Shown here one piece after another: positions 1 through 12,155 of a DNA stretch of 64,000 nucleotides. The DNA comes from Chiloscyllium plagiosum (taxonomy: Eukaryota). A program made the translations under genes and the position numbers. The stretch lies in assembly GCF_004010195.1 (NCBI RefSeq), contig NC_057751.1, positions 513,248 through 577,247 on the forward strand, in the 5' to 3' direction. Below the pieces are notes generated by a model, which saw only the letters and a program-made list of their open reading frames with translations, ran no database searches and was not told the DNA's origin. Numbering within the stretch: the stretch's first letter is position 1; every line of letters starts with the position of its first letter.

Positions 1-1268
1 CTTAGCCTGTTCCTGCTCCCACTCCCTCCTTTGAATACCTTGCTGCTTGTTCTCACTGCCTTACAGTCTGTTTCTGCTCCTGCAGCCAGTTACCAAGCAG
101 GAACCCTGTTGCATGTTACTCTGCTGCCATCTTGAAAGGGATAGGACTTCATCTTGAAAAAGAAATGGACTTGAACATGAATGTCTGTAGACACCTGAAA
201 ATGGCAGGACAGTTAAGGCATTTAGGAGGGCATACAGGATTCTTTTCTCTTTTAACTGAGGTGTAGGAAGATAGTGTAAAGAGTTATGCCAGGACATAAA
301 TACATAATTGGCTGTTTGAAGTCAAGGGGATTGGTTAATACATGTGTTTTTGGGTTTGAGAAAGGTGTGTCATAAAATATTAGACCATAAGACACTGGAG
401 TGGAAGTAAGGCCATTCAACCCATCGAGTCTACTCCACCATTTAATCATAGTGTCACGGGTGTGTGTTGGGACCTTCCCTGAGACATGTTAACAATGTAG
501 GGCATCATTCCAAAGATTGAGACGGGCATCAAACTCTGAAACATGATTAACCAAGGAGGATGGTGCAGAATTTCAAAATGACAAAAGAATTGCTGATAAG
601 TGCTTGATGAAACTAAATGGACAGATGTATCAACTTTAGTAGGAGCAATACAGAGAAACCACAAAAAAACCCCAAAAATCTTGAAAAAGGATGCAAGAAG
701 ACAGGGACCTGGATGGATATGTGCATAGATCATTTAAAATGACAAAGCAGTCAGTATCTCAGGCTGTATTCATAGAATGTAGAGTACAACAGCAAGTATG
801 TTGTTTTGAACTTGGCTAAGTCATTGGTTTGGCCTCCGCTTGCGGTGTTATATCTAGTTCTGTATGGTGCATTTAAAGATGAATTTAAGGACATGGGAGA
901 CAGAGTAGAAGATGTTTTAAAACATAGTTCCACGCATGAGACCTCTCATTTATAAGAAGAGATTGAAGAGATAAAGTCTGTTTTTCTGGGAGCAAAGAGA
1001 GCTAAAAGATGTGGTTGTTGACCCACTGTTTGAACTTTGGCAAAAGCTGTGTGAAAGAAGAACTTGTGCTGTTCAATAAACAGGAAGAACAGGAAATCGG
1101 GAACTAGAATAGCAATTACACAACACCAGCCACCTCCAAATGAGAATTAAATTTGCATGCTTTAATGATTTGTTCATATTGCCAATTGGATTTTAGTGTA
1201 ACTGACAAAATACAAAATGCAGTTGTGAGCAAACTCCAGTTGTGACCTTGGTTTGGCTTTTCTCAGTA

Positions 1269-1817
1269 CAGTTGGTTCTGCCAGAATGTGTTTCTTTGAC
1301 ACAAATTGGCGATTGAAGAATTTACACTATTATTTGTAGAACACAAACTTTCCTGACCGGTAGTGACAAAAACATGATTCTGGCCCCATTGACTTAAATG
1401 GAGTTGCTATGACACAATTTTCTTAAAATTCGGCATTGCAAGGGAATGGAACTGTCGCGTTGTATCAGAAGAGGCTGTAACCTTCTCCAAACCTTCTCAG
1501 CTCACCTGTCTCCGAGCTACAAAGGAACTTGTTCTTTGTGCTTTCACAATTTGTTAGATATTCAGCTTGTTATTTGCTGATAAGCATTTTGCAAGACAGT
1601 TTGTTCTGATTTAACATGATAGTTCCGTTCCTGTGCGATCCTGCATTTAAAAAAAATCACATAATAGCAGCACCAATTAAGCCAACAGGACTGGAACTGC
1701 ATTATAGCCAATACAGATCATGAAAGTTCACGTTCTACAAAGAATGGTCTAAATTCTTCAATTGTGTTTATAGCGGATTTGTATTGAAGAAACACGTGTT
1801 ATAGCAAATCTGACTGC
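1269..1817. mobile_element. Two degenerate ~210-220 bp MITE-like elements (1269-1477 and ~1597-1816), Tc1/mariner-pogo type
   Basis: CAGT..GTTCTG at the left end and CAGA/CAAA...CTG at the right end form imperfect inverted termini; the first copy is flanked by TA on both sides. Confidence 0.45.
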
Positions 1818-2532
1818 ACGGGCCTGTTGCGGTTAATTAAATGCCAACAGATGGACAATGGTGATTCTAGTCCACACGCAACTCCTGTCACTTGACGTGG
1901 TTCAATTGAAAAGGTCAATCCTTCAATTCCTTTCTCCATCATAAATGTTTCCAACTTCCCTCGAGTGATTTATATTATTCATCTCAACTGGTCCCTGTGA
2001 GAATGAATTCTGCATGCTCCCAAAGCTGACCATTTTATATTGAAGGCCTCTGTTTTTGCTGTTTTTCACAAGAGGAAACAATTGTTCTGTATCTATTACA
2101 TCAAAATATTACCTATCTTTCACAATCTTAATCTGACCACCCCTCAGCCTTTTCAAAACAATAAGATCTAAGGCTTTTGTCCAGTATTTAAAATTCACAG
2201 TTTCGCAAATTCATCTATTGCCTTGTGCGTTTATGATGTAAAATAAAACTTGTAAACATGCAATTGACATGCAGTGTGAAACTATTTTGTTGTGCTAAAC
2301 AAAGCTCAGTAAATCAAAAGGACTAGTATGGATCCATAAAAGTTGAACAAAACTGAAGTGCTCATTCGATGGTTAACCTCAATTCACGATTTGCCCCCGG
2401 CAACATCTTTGTGCAAATGTTGAAATGCCGAAACGCTTGTCAGTTGAATTTGACACAGCTGGAGATACAAAATATTCTTAGTGCTACAGTTGCCAGTCAC
2501 TACACTTTTCTGGTAATTTATTGAGATAATCA

Positions 2533-2642
2533 AGAGTCGAAATGTCTGGTGCTGGAAAAGCGATGCTGCCTGACCGGTTGTGCTTTTCCAGCACCACACT
2601 TTTCAACTCTGATCTTGAGAATCTGCAGTCCTCACTTTCTCC
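2533..2642. mobile_element. Collapsed fold-back PLE pLTR remnant (family A)
   Basis: ggtgctggaaaagc...gcttttccagcacc inverted arms plus the tail ctgcagtcctcactttctcc. Confidence 0.7.
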
Positions 2643-3513
2643 TGAGATGGTCAAGCTCTTCTTGGGCACATGACCTGGGCCTAGGTCTTTGAGAGTAACA
2701 CATGTGGCCATCAGCCTTGAAAGAGAGACTGCTTTTTCGATGGCCTTTGCATCCTCTAGTTTTCATTACGTATTATATGGCAATGCCACTTGCTTTAGAC
2801 AATTAAAATATACATGAGGACAAACCTTGCAGTTCCTCAAGCCCTTCTGCTCAACTTAGATAGTCCTGTCATGAAGTCTTGTGCACTCCTGTTTGTAATA
2901 CTCCACACCAATAGCACAATAAGTGACTTGCACCCTATGAAAATCTCAACTTACTTTTGTCACAAATCTTGAATGCTGGCCAGAGGTGGAGTTTAGGAAC
3001 TCAGCAGCCTATTTGTGTTCAGCAAGATCTCTCTCAGATTTTTTGATGAAATGGTTCAGTGATGTTTTCAAGTTGATTGAAAACACTGGTTAGATAAACT
3101 AGTTCCTCTGGTTGGTCAAGCCCAGGACAAGAGAATCAATTTGAAGTTTGGACTGGTGAGTCTTGATGTGAATAATCAGTTAGGGAAATCTGTGGAGCAC
3201 TTCTCTTATTGGATTTGTATTCTGGTGCAATTGATATCGCTGATATCAGGATCAATAGATTTCTTTTTGGAAACTGTCTCATGACATTACTGACATTGAT
3301 CTAACTGAAATGTCATTGGGCTTATAGAGCTGAATGGTTTTCTTATTCCAGTTTAAGTGTCTGGAGGGGGAACAGACCGCCTCCATTGTAATATCATCAA
3401 CAAAACTTTCAAAGACAGCACAGATGTGATGGGCCAAATGTCCTCCATGGTTCTAACAATCGATGATAATGCTGTTGATTCACCACACGTTAAGCTGTCC
3501 TTAGCCAAGATCT

Positions 3514-4739
3514 AAGTTGAAACTTTATTGCTGGAACAGCACAGCAGGTCAGGCAGCATCCAGGGAACAGGAGATTCGACGTTTCGGGCACAGGCCCTTC
3601 TTCAGGAATGAGCAGAGAGTGTTCAGCAGGAGAAGATAAAAGGTAGGGAGGAGGGACTTGGAGGAGGGGAGTTGGCAGAGGAGATGACCTGGGGTGTGCA
3701 GTGAGAGAGGGACTCACTGAGATCTTTGTAGAGAGAGGCAGAGAGCTTCTTCAAGGAAGGCATCCTTGTAAGAGGATTCGCAGTAGGTTGAAATCTTCGA
3801 GGAGAAAGTGAGATCTGCAGATGCTGGAGATCAAAGTTGAAACTTTATTGCTGGAACAGCACAGCAGGTCAGGCAGCATCCAGGGAACAGGAGATTCGAC
3901 GTTTCGGGCACAGGCCCTTCTTCAGGAATGAGCAGAGAGTGTTCAGCAGGAGAAGATAAAAGGTAGGGAGGAGGGACTTGGAGGAGGGGCGTTGGAAATG
4001 TGATAGGTGGAAAGAGGTCAAGGTGAGGGTGATAGGTCGGAGTAGGATGGAGGCGGAGAGGTCAACAAGAAGACTGCAGGTCAGGAAGGCGACGTGGTCG
4101 ACGGTGCCCTCCACCGCATCTCCTCCACTTCCCGCTCCTCGAGGGGTGGGAAATATATCCTTGGTGCTGGGGTCTGTTTGGAGGTGGCGGAAGTGACGGC
4201 GGATGATGCGCTGTACATGGAGATTGGTGGGGTGGTAGGTGAGGACCAGTGGGGTTCTGTTCTGGTGGCGGTTGGAGGGGCGGGGCTCAAGGGCGGAGGA
4301 GCGGGAAGTGGAGGAGATGCGGTGGAGGGCACCGTCGACCACGTCGGGGGGGAAATTGCGGTCCTTGAAGAAGGAGGCCATCTGTGTTGTATGTATTTTG
4401 AACTGGTCCTCCTGGGAGCAGATGCGGCGGAGACGAAGGAATTGGGAGAATGGGATGGCGTTTTTACAGGGGGCAGGATGGGAGGAGGTGTAGTCCAGGT
4501 AGCTGTGGGGGTCGGTTGGTTTGTAGTAGATGTCCGTGTTGATTCGGTCGCCTGAGATAGAAACAGAAAGGTCTAGGAAGGGGAGGGAGGAGTCTGAGAC
4601 TGTCCAGGTGAATTTGAGGTCGGGGTGGAAGGTGTTAGTGTAGTGGATGAACTGTTCAACCTCCTCGTGGGAGCACGAGGAGGTTGAACAGTTCATCCAC
4701 TGCACCAACTGTTCATCCACTGCAGACCTCACTTTCTCC
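3514..4739 (-). mobile_element. Penelope-like element (family A), rearranged and truncated, with tandem pLTRs and an RT C-terminal fragment
   Basis: ORF 3869-4747 contains FHPDLKFT...LPFLDLSV...TDIYYKPT...YLDYTSSHP...QFLRLRRICS (PLE RT thumb); direct repeat with 320-bp period; TSD ttagccaagatct at 3501-3513 and 4740-4752. Confidence 0.92.
3574..3609 (-). ncRNA. Minimal type I hammerhead ribozyme motif in a PLE pLTR (identical second copy at 3894-3929)
   Basis: Reverse strand reads AUUC-CUGAAGA-A-GGGC-CUGU-GCCC-GAAACGUC-GAAU: conserved core, stem II, palindromic ACGU helix III, 4-bp stem I. Confidence 0.8.
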
Positions 4740-5096
4740 TTAGCCAAGATCTGATAGTCTTGCCTGGCAGATTATTCCATATATTTATCTCCTTTTGATG
4801 TACATTTTCAACTTCTTTCTGTCAATGTGATAAGCCTTTATTGTGCTTTGTGCATGCTGACACTTCTGATCATGCTGCTGACACCACTCAGAGTGTGGCC
4901 AAGTAACAGAGCCTTTTTTCTTTTCAGGATGGTGGCTTCCTCAGTCCTGCGGAACAGATTGATAATAAAATAGTTCTTCTCCTGGTCTAACTTCCTCTGT
5001 TAATTTGAATAAAGAGATGAAGTGCTCAAGATTCTGAGTGGTTTGGGGAACAAAGTCAATAAGGACTTCCTTCTGGCAGGAGAGGATGCTGCATTA

Positions 5097-5394
5097 AGAT
5101 TAGATTGCCCTTCGGCCCAACAAGTCCACACCGACCCACTGAAGCACAACCCACCCAGACCCATTCCCCGACATTTTCCCCTTCACCCAACACTACGGGC
5201 AATTTAGCATGGCCAATTCACCTAACCTGCACATTTTTGGTCTGTGGGAGGAAACCGGAGCACCTGGAGGAAACCCACGCAGACACTAGGAGAATGTGCA
5301 AACTCCACACAGTCAGTCGCCTGAGGCGGGAATTGAACCCGGGTCTCTGGTGCTGTGAGGCAGCAGTGCTAATCACTGTGCCACCGTGCCGCCC
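5097..5394 (-). mobile_element. HE1-type tRNA-derived SINE
   Basis: Reverse strand GGGCGGCACGGTGGCACAGTG (A box), GGTTCAATTCC (B box), central V-SINE-like domain, AATCT-repeat tail. Confidence 0.9.
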
Positions 5395-6291
5395 ACAAGA
5401 TCATGGGTAAAAGGTTATCTTTGAATGCAGAATTGTTGTGATCTGGGTTTAAAAAAGTGTCAGAGACAGATTAGAAAAGGAATGGACTGATAAATGAAGA
5501 ATGAAATAGTTTGCAAGACTGTGGGGCAGATGTGTGAAAACACTCTGGGGAAAATAGCAAATGTGGGGAGAGGGGGGTCCAATAAAGTCCATGATCTCTC
5601 TGTGCCACAAGCAGGAAGCTAGCTGAAAAAAGGCTTATACATCTGCTACATGGGCAAATCTGAAACTTCTGGGCCTTGGAATTGCAGCTTGGGTGAGATG
5701 CGTTAACTCCCTTGCCTCCAGTGCAAAGTGACAGCGAATCGGAGTGATGGTTCATGACAGGCAGGTTGACACCCAGTACGAAGCTGTCATGACAGATTTT
5801 TGCAATTTTGAGTCTCCATTTGGCAGATGCTATCTGTACAATTGGTCTAGTTCATGCTAAGTAGAGGAACAGTCAGTCTGCCATGGCTCAGATTCAGTCC
5901 CAAATTCCCCTTGAATTTGTCTCGAGTGGTAATCGGAGGCTGTTGACTCCGTATCAAACAAGACCACACTTGGAGGCAAACGCAAAACCCATGGTGCTAA
6001 TCATGGAGTGAGTGGTTGCAGTACTGTCATGTACTAGCTTTTGAGGTGAGAATTTCTCAGTTTACAAGCACTGGGAGGGGAGGTTCGTGTTGAATGTTTG
6101 ACCTGTTTGATTTTACCACCATTAACTGCAAGTGTGCTGAATAACATTGCCTATTATCCAACTGTTATTGGACCAATGCCAAGTGATGGCTGCGTATAGC
6201 AGTGTTTCAGTCCAGCTTATTTCCTTTTGAGAGGTGGGCACTATCTATAAGGATGAGAGGAAATCTGATTGTATTGTTTTCTGTTTTTCAG

Positions 6292-6347
6292 GGCCCTTTT
6301 TACTTATGAAGGCAACAGCAATGATCTACGGGTGGCAGGAACTGGAG
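6292..6347 (+). CDS. DBNL: DBNL coding exon (equivalent to human exon 2), ADF-H domain: (W)ALFTYEGNSNDLRVAGTG(D)
   Basis: Acceptor ttttctgtttttcag and donor G|gtgagg; peptide nearly identical to vertebrate DBNL WALFTYEGNSNDIRVAGTG. Confidence 0.95.
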
Positions 6348-6439
6348 GTGAGGATGACATCGACCCCTTGTCATCTGTGGCTTCTTTTACAGGGTGCCAC
6401 ATTGTTTAATAGTACCCAGACTAGATAGAAGACATCTCA

Positions 6440-8660
6440 GGATTCTGAAGAAAACAACTGGTGGAGATTGTAGAGATTCGGTGATAATCTTTCAGACATC
6501 CCTCGAGTCAGGGAGGGTCCCAAGAGAACTGGAAAATGGCTCATGTGGCACCCTGTAAAAGAAGGGAATGTGGTAGAAGGCAGGAAACTAGACCAATTCG
6601 ACTGACCTCTGTAATTGCTAAGATCAAGTTTAGAATCCATTATTAAGGACAAGATTGTGCAGTACTTGGAAGTGCATGACAAAACAGTGGGTGAGTCAGT
6701 ATAGCTTCATCAAGTGGAGATCACGTCTGACGAACTTTGTAGAATTCTTTGAGGAGGTAATGAGTAAGTTAGACAAAGAAGAGCCAGTGGATATAGAGTC
6801 ATAGAGATGTACTGCACAGACAGAGACCCTTCGGTCCAACTCATCCATGCCGACCAGATATTCCAACCTAATCTAGTCCCATTTGCCAGCACTTGGCCCA
6901 TACCCATCTAACACTTCCTATTCGTGTACCCATCCAGATGCCTTTTAAATGCTGTCATTGTACCAGCCTCCACCATTTCCTTTGGCCTCTCATTCCAAAC
7001 TCGCACCACTCTGTGTGGAAAAAGTTGCCCCTTAGGTTCCTTTTATATCCTTCCCCTCTCACCCTAAACCTATGCCCTCTAGTTCTGGACTCACCCACCC
7101 CAGGGAAAAGACTTTGGCTATTTACCCTATCCATGCCCCTTATGATTTTATAAATCTCTATAGGGTCATCCTGCAGCCTCCGACGTTCCAGGGAAAACAG
7201 CCCCAGCCTATTCTGACTGAAATCCTCCAACCCTGGCAACATCCTTGTAAATCTTTTCTGAACCCTGTCAAGTTTCACAATTTCCTTCCAATAGGAAGGA
7301 GACCTGAATTGCATGCAATATTCCAAAAGTGACCTAACCAACATCCTGTACAGCGGCAACATGACCTCCCAACTCCTATACTCAATGCTCTGACTAATAA
7401 AGGAAAGCATACTAAATGCTGCATTCACTATTCTATCTACCTGTACTCTACTTTAAAGAAGCTATGAACCTGAATTCCAAGGTCCCTTTGTTCAGCAACG
7501 TTCCCTAGGACCTTTCAGTTAAGTGTATAAGTCCTGCTAAAATTTGCTTTCCCAAAATGCAGCACCTCATATTTATAATGGATATGATCTATATGGTTTT
7601 CCAGAAAGCCTTTGACAAGGTGCTGCATAGGAGCTCTTAAATAAAATAAGAACCCATGGTATTTGGGCCAAGATATTGACACGGATAGAGGATTGGCTGA
7701 CTGGCGAGTGTAGAGGTAAAGGGGTCTTTTTCAGGATGGCAGCTGGTGACCAGTTCAGTTCCAGAAGGGTCCATGTTGGCATCACAGCTCATCACATGAT
7801 AAATTAACGATCTGGATGAAGTAAGTGAGGGCATTGTTGCCGAGTTTACAGATAACCCAAAAATCGGTGAAGAGGCAAGTACTGTTGAGGAAGTAGGGAG
7901 AACTTGGACAGGCGAGAAGAATGTTCAAAGAAGTGGCAGGTGGAATACAGTGTGAGGTTATGCACTTGGGGAGGAAGAGGAGGTGTGGACTAATTTGTAA
8001 ACGTGGAAAGGCTTCAAAAACCTGAAGCACGTAGAGACTTGGGAGTCACACTTCAGGATTCTGTTCAGTTTAACATACAGATTCAGTTGGCCAAGTTAGC
8101 ATTAATTTCAAGGGGGCTAGAAAACAAAAGCAGAGATGTGTTCCTGAGGTTGTATCAGGCTCTGGTCAGACCCAGTTTGGAATATTGTGAGCACTTTTGG
8201 GCCTTGTATCTAAGGAAGGATGTGCTGGCATTGGAATATTCAAGAGGAGGTGAAAAAAATGAAGGGCTTGTCCAAAGGAGCAGTTGAGGATTCTTGGTCT
8301 GTACTCAATCAAGTTTAGAAGGCTGAAGGGGGAATCTGTTTGCAACTTAGAATACTGAGAGGGATGTGGAAAAGATGTTTCCACTCGTAGGGTGAGGACC
8401 TGATGACAGATTCTCAGACGAGAGAGACAAGACTGGAGAACTGAGATGACAACTTTCTTCAGCTAGAGGCTGGTGAAAATGGGACTGATTGCCATAGAGG
8501 GCTGTGGAATTACTGAATGTATTTCAGACAAAGATGGATACTTAATTTGTAAGGGAATCGAGGGTTACGAGGCAAAGGGCGGAAACTGGGGTTGAGAAAC
8601 ATGTCAGCCATGGCAGAGCAGACGCGATGGGCTGAATGGCCTACATCTTATGGTCTTAGG
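6440..8660. mobile_element. Older CR1 LINE ORF2 remnant (+) interrupted by a younger CR1 3' fragment (-, ~6794-7576)
   Basis: FQKAFDKV-like and LVRPSLEYC...ALE motifs on +; LVRSLLEYCMQF...RVQKRFTRMLPGL...LGLFSLERRRL on -; tggatat repeated at both junctions. Confidence 0.85.
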
Positions 8661-9312
8661 CAAGGATAAAGAGAAATGAATTTCAATTCTATGTTTTAGT
8701 CAGTTTCTACAGACAGTGATAACAGTGCCCTGGATCTTTCTCAACAACTTTTCTTTCCTTTGTTATAGCCCTGAAACAATCAATGTGTGGCACTTCTATA
8801 ATATCTGATTCTCCGGTTGTTTGAAGATCGATCTGACTCTCGTCTAGCACACTGAGATTTCCTTCACTTGTTCAATCCCAGCCAATGCACATCTTTTTGT
8901 TTATATACAGTACACCCTTGTCTAATGAGTCTTCCAGTGATGAATGTTCCCCCAGCCTCTTCGCAAAGCATCTCCTCCAGAAATGAGGTTAGGTTCCCCC
9001 TCCTGTGATACTTTCCAGACTGCTTCTCTGACCTTGCCACTTTGGAGGAGCTCCACATGCATCCACCTAAATTAGTATTACAGACTCTCAGGCTAAACAA
9101 AAGTGATAACAAACTGTGTCCTCTTTGACCTTACATTGAGCTTCCAATCTGATGTCTTGTCCAGCAACAAGGCAGTTCCCTTCTCTTCGTCTATCAGGAT
9201 GTGCCATTATTAATAAATCCAAGGGTCAAGTTCCTCCCTTGAAAGATGAGGACTGTGGATGAATTCGCTGGGTGCATCTCTTGTACTGAGTTTAGCCTTG
9301 TGTCTTTTTCAG

Positions 9313-9425
9313 ATGGGGGTCTTGAGGAGTTGGTAGAAGAACTAAACAGTGGAAAAGTGATGTATGCTTTTTGTCGAGTGAAAGACCCCAACTCAGGATT
9401 GCCCAAATATGTCCTCATCAACTGG
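9313..9425 (+). CDS. DBNL: DBNL exon, ADF-H: (D)[37 protein letters not shown]
   Basis: tctttttcag acceptor, TGG|gtaagt donor; phase joins the previous exon; matches DBNL. Confidence 0.97.
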
Positions 9426-9813
9426 GTAAGTATCAAATTACAGCACAGTATTGCTCATCTTGAGTTGACTCAATTGTCGTTATTGAAAGATATTTTCTTG
9501 TCCTTATCTGAAGATGATTGATGAATGGTCACTGTGCTGTGAAATCCTGCTAATGCAATGATTTTTCTTTGGGAGCCATTCTTTAGCAAAGTCCTGCTTT
9601 GCACATTCTCTGACATTTCGTGTCCCTCCTTAACCTTTTGTGTCATATCTCCTCTAGCATATGTTTATTCTGTGTAACATCATAACTCTACAAGAATCAG
9701 TTTTAAATCCTTTTCCTATCTTGGAATCTATTGGTCAGTACAGTTTCCAAGAGAGCCATGATGCTTATAGCCATGTTTTCTTTTCATTTTTGAGGGACAC
9801 ATTGTACTGCAAT

Positions 9814-10465
9814 TGTGACGATGCTATCACTTTGATGTTATTTTGTCTTGGTTTTGCTTTTGAAGAGAGGTTGTAAGGTAGTGGTGCGAGTAGTCTTGAA
9901 GAAACTAAACAATTTATAAGCCTTTGAGGTTTATTTTAAAAGTTAGAACAAAGGAAGCAGCCTGGATGTGGCCAGCTCTCTCAGACCAGGTTCTCTAGTT
10001 TTGTTTTGTAGTTTTTAGGCTAAGTTTTAAGCAGAAGCCTTTGGGGTCTCAAAAGAGTTGGAAGCTTCAGTGAATGTCTCCCAGCTGCTACTTTCTCTGA
10101 ATATTTTCTTCATGTTTCTTCCTTCTGGACTGGAGAACTGCATATAAGAATCTGTTTCTGTGTTTGCCTTTTTGCCATAGGTTGTGTTTACAGGATGTTA
10201 CTAGATTGGAACAGTTAATTAGTAATAGCTATTTATTATTCAGTTAAGTTTTCCATTTGTTAAGTTACTCTAAATTCCTCTTTCTTTTGTTTTGATTTTA
10301 AGTGTAATGTTGAAATAAATTGTGTTTTGCTTAACGTTGAGTAGTTTGACCAGTTGCATTGCATTTGGAACACGGCACTTCACATTGATGTTCAAAATAA
10401 GGAAAAGTTAGTGTCTTGGCTACCTTCTTAAAACGTTTTGTGGGGGTCTGGCCTAATCTGTAACA
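9814..10465 (+). mobile_element. Probable solo LTR (TG...CA, ~650 bp)
   Basis: TGTGA...TAACA ends and an internal AATAAA at 10314; its 3' part is homologous to the reverse-strand copies starting at 15699 and 16184. Confidence 0.6.
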
Positions 10466-10542
10466 TGTTTTATTACTTGTAATGGGACTCCGACCACGTG
10501 ACATTCACGTTCAATCTTATTTACTTTGCCCTTTCACTTCAG

Positions 10543-10617
10543 ACTGGTGAAGGAGTGAAAGATGCCAGGAAGGGGTTGTGTGCCAATCATGTCAGCACTG
10601 TGGCCAACTTTCTAAAG
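10543..10617 (+). CDS. DBNL: DBNL exon, ADF-H: TGEGVKDARKGLCANHVSTVANFLK
   Basis: ctttcacttcag acceptor, AAG|gtaagg donor; matches DBNL [25 protein letters not shown]. Confidence 0.96.
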
Positions 10618-11227
10618 GTAAGGTGTGTTCAAATATGGCAGTTCCAGGTGTTCAATATCGCTCCAAATGTTTATCTGTTGATTTTTGTTTCTGCCTTAGC
10701 TAATTTCCTCTTTATGTCATGCTTTGTTACCTTCAGACTGGACCATTTCAATGGCGTCCTCGCTCGCCATCCACTTTGTAAACCTCAACTTTTCCCAAAC
10801 CTCTTCCACCTGACCCAAGCCTTGTTCACTTACCACCTCAATGCTTGCTAAACAAACCTGGCTCCAGTTACAGCAAAATCCCACTTTTAAATTCTCATCC
10901 TTGAGTTCCAGTCTCCCCGTGGCCCCATATATTTCCATCTGTATTTCCATCATATTCCCAGCCCTACGACCTTCGAAATCTCTTGCTTTTCCAATTCTTG
11001 TCTCATGCACATCCCTGATTTTCTTCACCTCACCATTGTCTTCAGACAACTAGTGACTGAAGTGTAAAAATTCCATCTGCCTTTTAAAGCTGACCTCTTT
11101 GACCCAGTTTTGGCTCACCTGCCATATTCCTCAGTGTTAAATGTGATTTCCTTACTCTCCTCTGAAGCAGCTTGGCGCATTTTGCTTCATTGATATGAGT
11201 AGGTGTCAAATGTTTACTTCTCTCTAG

Positions 11228-11374
11228 GGTGCCCATGTTACTATCAATGCTCGTGCCGATGAGGATGTGGAACCTGAGGTGATCATTAATAAAGTGGCCA
11301 AGGCCTCGGGTGCTAACTACAGCTTTCATAAGGAGAGCTCCCGCTTCCAGGACACTCAGCCACAGGGACCCGTG
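11228..11374 (+). CDS. DBNL: DBNL exon: [49 protein letters not shown]
   Basis: cttctctctag acceptor, GTG|gtgagt donor; end of the ADF-H domain, strong DBNL match. Confidence 0.97.
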
Positions 11375-11939
11375 GTGAGTCTGTCTCGATGAGAGAAAGC
11401 AGAGCAAGGCGGTGTGCAAAATGAATCCAAGTGATGGTCAGCGGTATTTAGGATCTGGTAGGCGACATAATGATGGGAAGTGAAGGCAAGTGAGAGGTTG
11501 GTGTTCTGGGATTGAGTTGTACCTGACCCTCTCCAAGCCACACTGCTCTGGTGTCAACCAAAGAGTTTCCAGGATGATACTCCGCACTTTTTCCGACACA
11601 GTCACCAGATTGACTATTACAGATTGAACACACAACAGCATAGGGAGACAATTGCATACTCAACACAAAGCAGCACAGAAAAACAATTACATGCAACACA
11701 CAACAGACAAGTCATAGAATTATATATTGAACACAAAACTGTCCAAACATAAATACAGACTGAACACTGCACGACAGCACGGAACAAATCCACCTAATAG
11801 AAATTGAAATACTATATACAGACAACTCCGTTTCATATGCCGACTTGTGAATTTCACCATTAAAGCTGCAGATTAAGTTAATCTAGTGGACAGAAAATGT
11901 TTGGGCAACGCAAAGACCCGCGGGGTCATTTTATTCTTG

Positions 11940-12155
11940 CAGAGGTATATGTGCGGAGTGAGCAGCCAGAGGAAGTGGTGGAGGCTGAGCAGTTGCAACA
12001 TTGAAAAGGCATCTGGATGGGTATAGGAATAGGAAGGGTTTAGAGGGATATGGGCTAAATGCTGGCAAATGGGACTCGACCAGATTTGGATGCCAGGCTG
12101 CTGCTGAAAAGTTGGACGGAAGGGTCTGTTTCTGTGCTGTATGACACAGTGACTC
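11940..12155 (+). mobile_element. CR1 LINE 3' end fragment
   Basis: gaagtggtggaggct...aggaagggtttagagggatatggg...gaagggtctgtttctgtgctgta, the same as the other CR1 3' ends in the window. Confidence 0.75.

Noticed and set aside
3869..4747. 292-aa ORF as a functional or domesticated gene
   Set aside because: It is a chimeric PLE fragment lacking the RT catalytic core and the GIY-YIG domain; its start codon comes from flank and inverted tail.
1..6291. DBNL first coding exon or promoter
   Set aside because: No segment encoding an MAxNLSxNG-like N-terminus and no CpG-island-like region was seen; it is probably upstream of the window.
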